The translations under genes and the position numbers were made by a program. The notes beneath the pieces are model-generated. The model was not told the DNA's origin and did not search any database. It saw only the letters and a list, made by a program, of their open reading frames with translations. A stretch of 64,000 bases of DNA from Lingula anatina (Eukaryota; Animalia; Brachiopoda): the NCBI GenBank assembly GCA_051362555.1, contig CM120644.1:6518954-6582953 (forward strand), written 5' to 3'. Positions 62,934 to 64,000 of the stretch are shown piece after piece. Within the stretch, counting starts at the first letter, position 1. Each line of letters opens with the position of its first letter.

Positions 62934-64000
62934 ATGTACTTTTCACTGCTGCTGCTGAACCTCTTCGTCGCTGTTGCCCCCAATAATGTGGAATACAGTA
63001 AGTAGAAAAAGTCGACTCTGTCATAAGTTTGGTTTGTCCTAGAGGTCATTACACATAATTTTGTTCACTTTCTAACGATTTTAATGCTAGCGTGTCCGTT
63101 GCGAGGGAGTTAATACGTTTTATCTGATTTTTTATAGTTAATTATCTTGCATTTTTAAATATTTCTTTTTCGTAATGTGTCCTGAACTTTTCAATATATT
63201 CTAGACTTTTAATGGATTATCATTATTAGTGATAGTATTATGATATTAATATTAAGCATGTTCACTAAGTACGTATTGCTCACTATAGAAAAAGTGTCCC
63301 TTTTAACCGTACATCACTGAAAAGATGTAATTCTAAAATATTGCATGTTTAGGGACACATTTACAATGGGTTTAGAATCAACCCCTTTTAATGATAAAGC
63401 ATATTTGTTTTATTGACTATTTAAGAAGTTTTTGAGTGCGTGTTTTCCAGGCTGCTATTACTGCGAGTTCAACGTTGAAGACGTGAATGCTGGCTTTGGC
63501 GCATGCGCAAATCCTGATGAAGACTCGGGTGTGGCTGTCTCGTACTGCGACTCGGGCGCCTGCTACAGTAGATGGAATCCTAAGTCTGGGTGTAAGATAT
63601 TTGTCTATTTTTTTTCATTATTAATCTGATCAACCGTTGAACTTTCCTTCCATTTTGTCTTTTCTTTCTACTATTCTTTGTAATGATTTATTCTCTTTGA
63701 GTTTATAATGATTTTTTCCTTCATGTATGTAGCATACATTGAACATGTGCATATTACATAATATCTCTCTCTTTTTTCTTTCTTTCTTCTTTCTATTCAT
63801 TTTTTTCACCCTCTTAATTTTTCTTTTCATCATGTTCTTTCTTATTTCTTGTTCAGTTGTGATCCGTGGTTGCCATGCCGGCGAGACCAATGTTGCTGTC
63901 ACCACCAGGGGCTGCACAAGGAACGCTAATGGCGAGGTGGTTTGCTCATGCGCAGCTAGTGAGGTCCCATGTAACCATGACGACATGGCGCCATATTATT
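62934..64000 (+). CDS. Secreted three-finger protein, gene C (paralogue of B), 3'-truncated by the window edge; exons 62934-62997, 63451-63591, 63857->64000
   Basis: Hydrophobic leader MYFSLLLLNLFVAVA; SCYYCEFN...GFGACANP...C...CYSRWNPKSG|FVIRGCHAGETNV...[30 protein letters not shown]; exon 2 has the same length (141 nt) and phases as in gene B. Confidence 0.88.

Overview
AT-rich, intron-containing animal genomic DNA, probably a marine invertebrate; a lophotrochozoan is my inference. Gene content, assembled by hand from splice sites and reading-frame phase: (1) two tandem single-coding-exon class A GPCR paralogues on the minus strand (596-1573, 8676-9662), whose 3' ends are far more alike than their transmembrane cores; (2) a 3-coding-exon, 485-aa SOCS-box protein (minus, 14051-16493); (3) a complete 9-exon, 551-aa asparagine-synthetase-family gene (plus, 29227-34132) with substitutions in normally invariant motifs; (4) three paralogous 3-exon genes (35774-37908 minus, 56391-58944 plus, 62934->64000 plus) encoding a signal peptide and a 10-cysteine three-finger (Ly6/uPAR, Quiver-like) domain. 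In the two complete genes this domain is followed by a Gly/Tyr-rich repetitive tail instead of a GPI-anchor signal. This family is the best candidate for an undescribed system. Also present: an intron-containing tRNA-Ile(TAT) nested antisense in one of these genes, several Harbinger-type MITEs (one nested in another MITE), hAT-type elements with 5-bp target duplications, a 1.1-kb foldback element with a 7-bp TSD, a 5'-truncated RTE LINE with a 12-bp TSD, and many microsatellites. No database searches were run; family assignments rest on recalled motifs.
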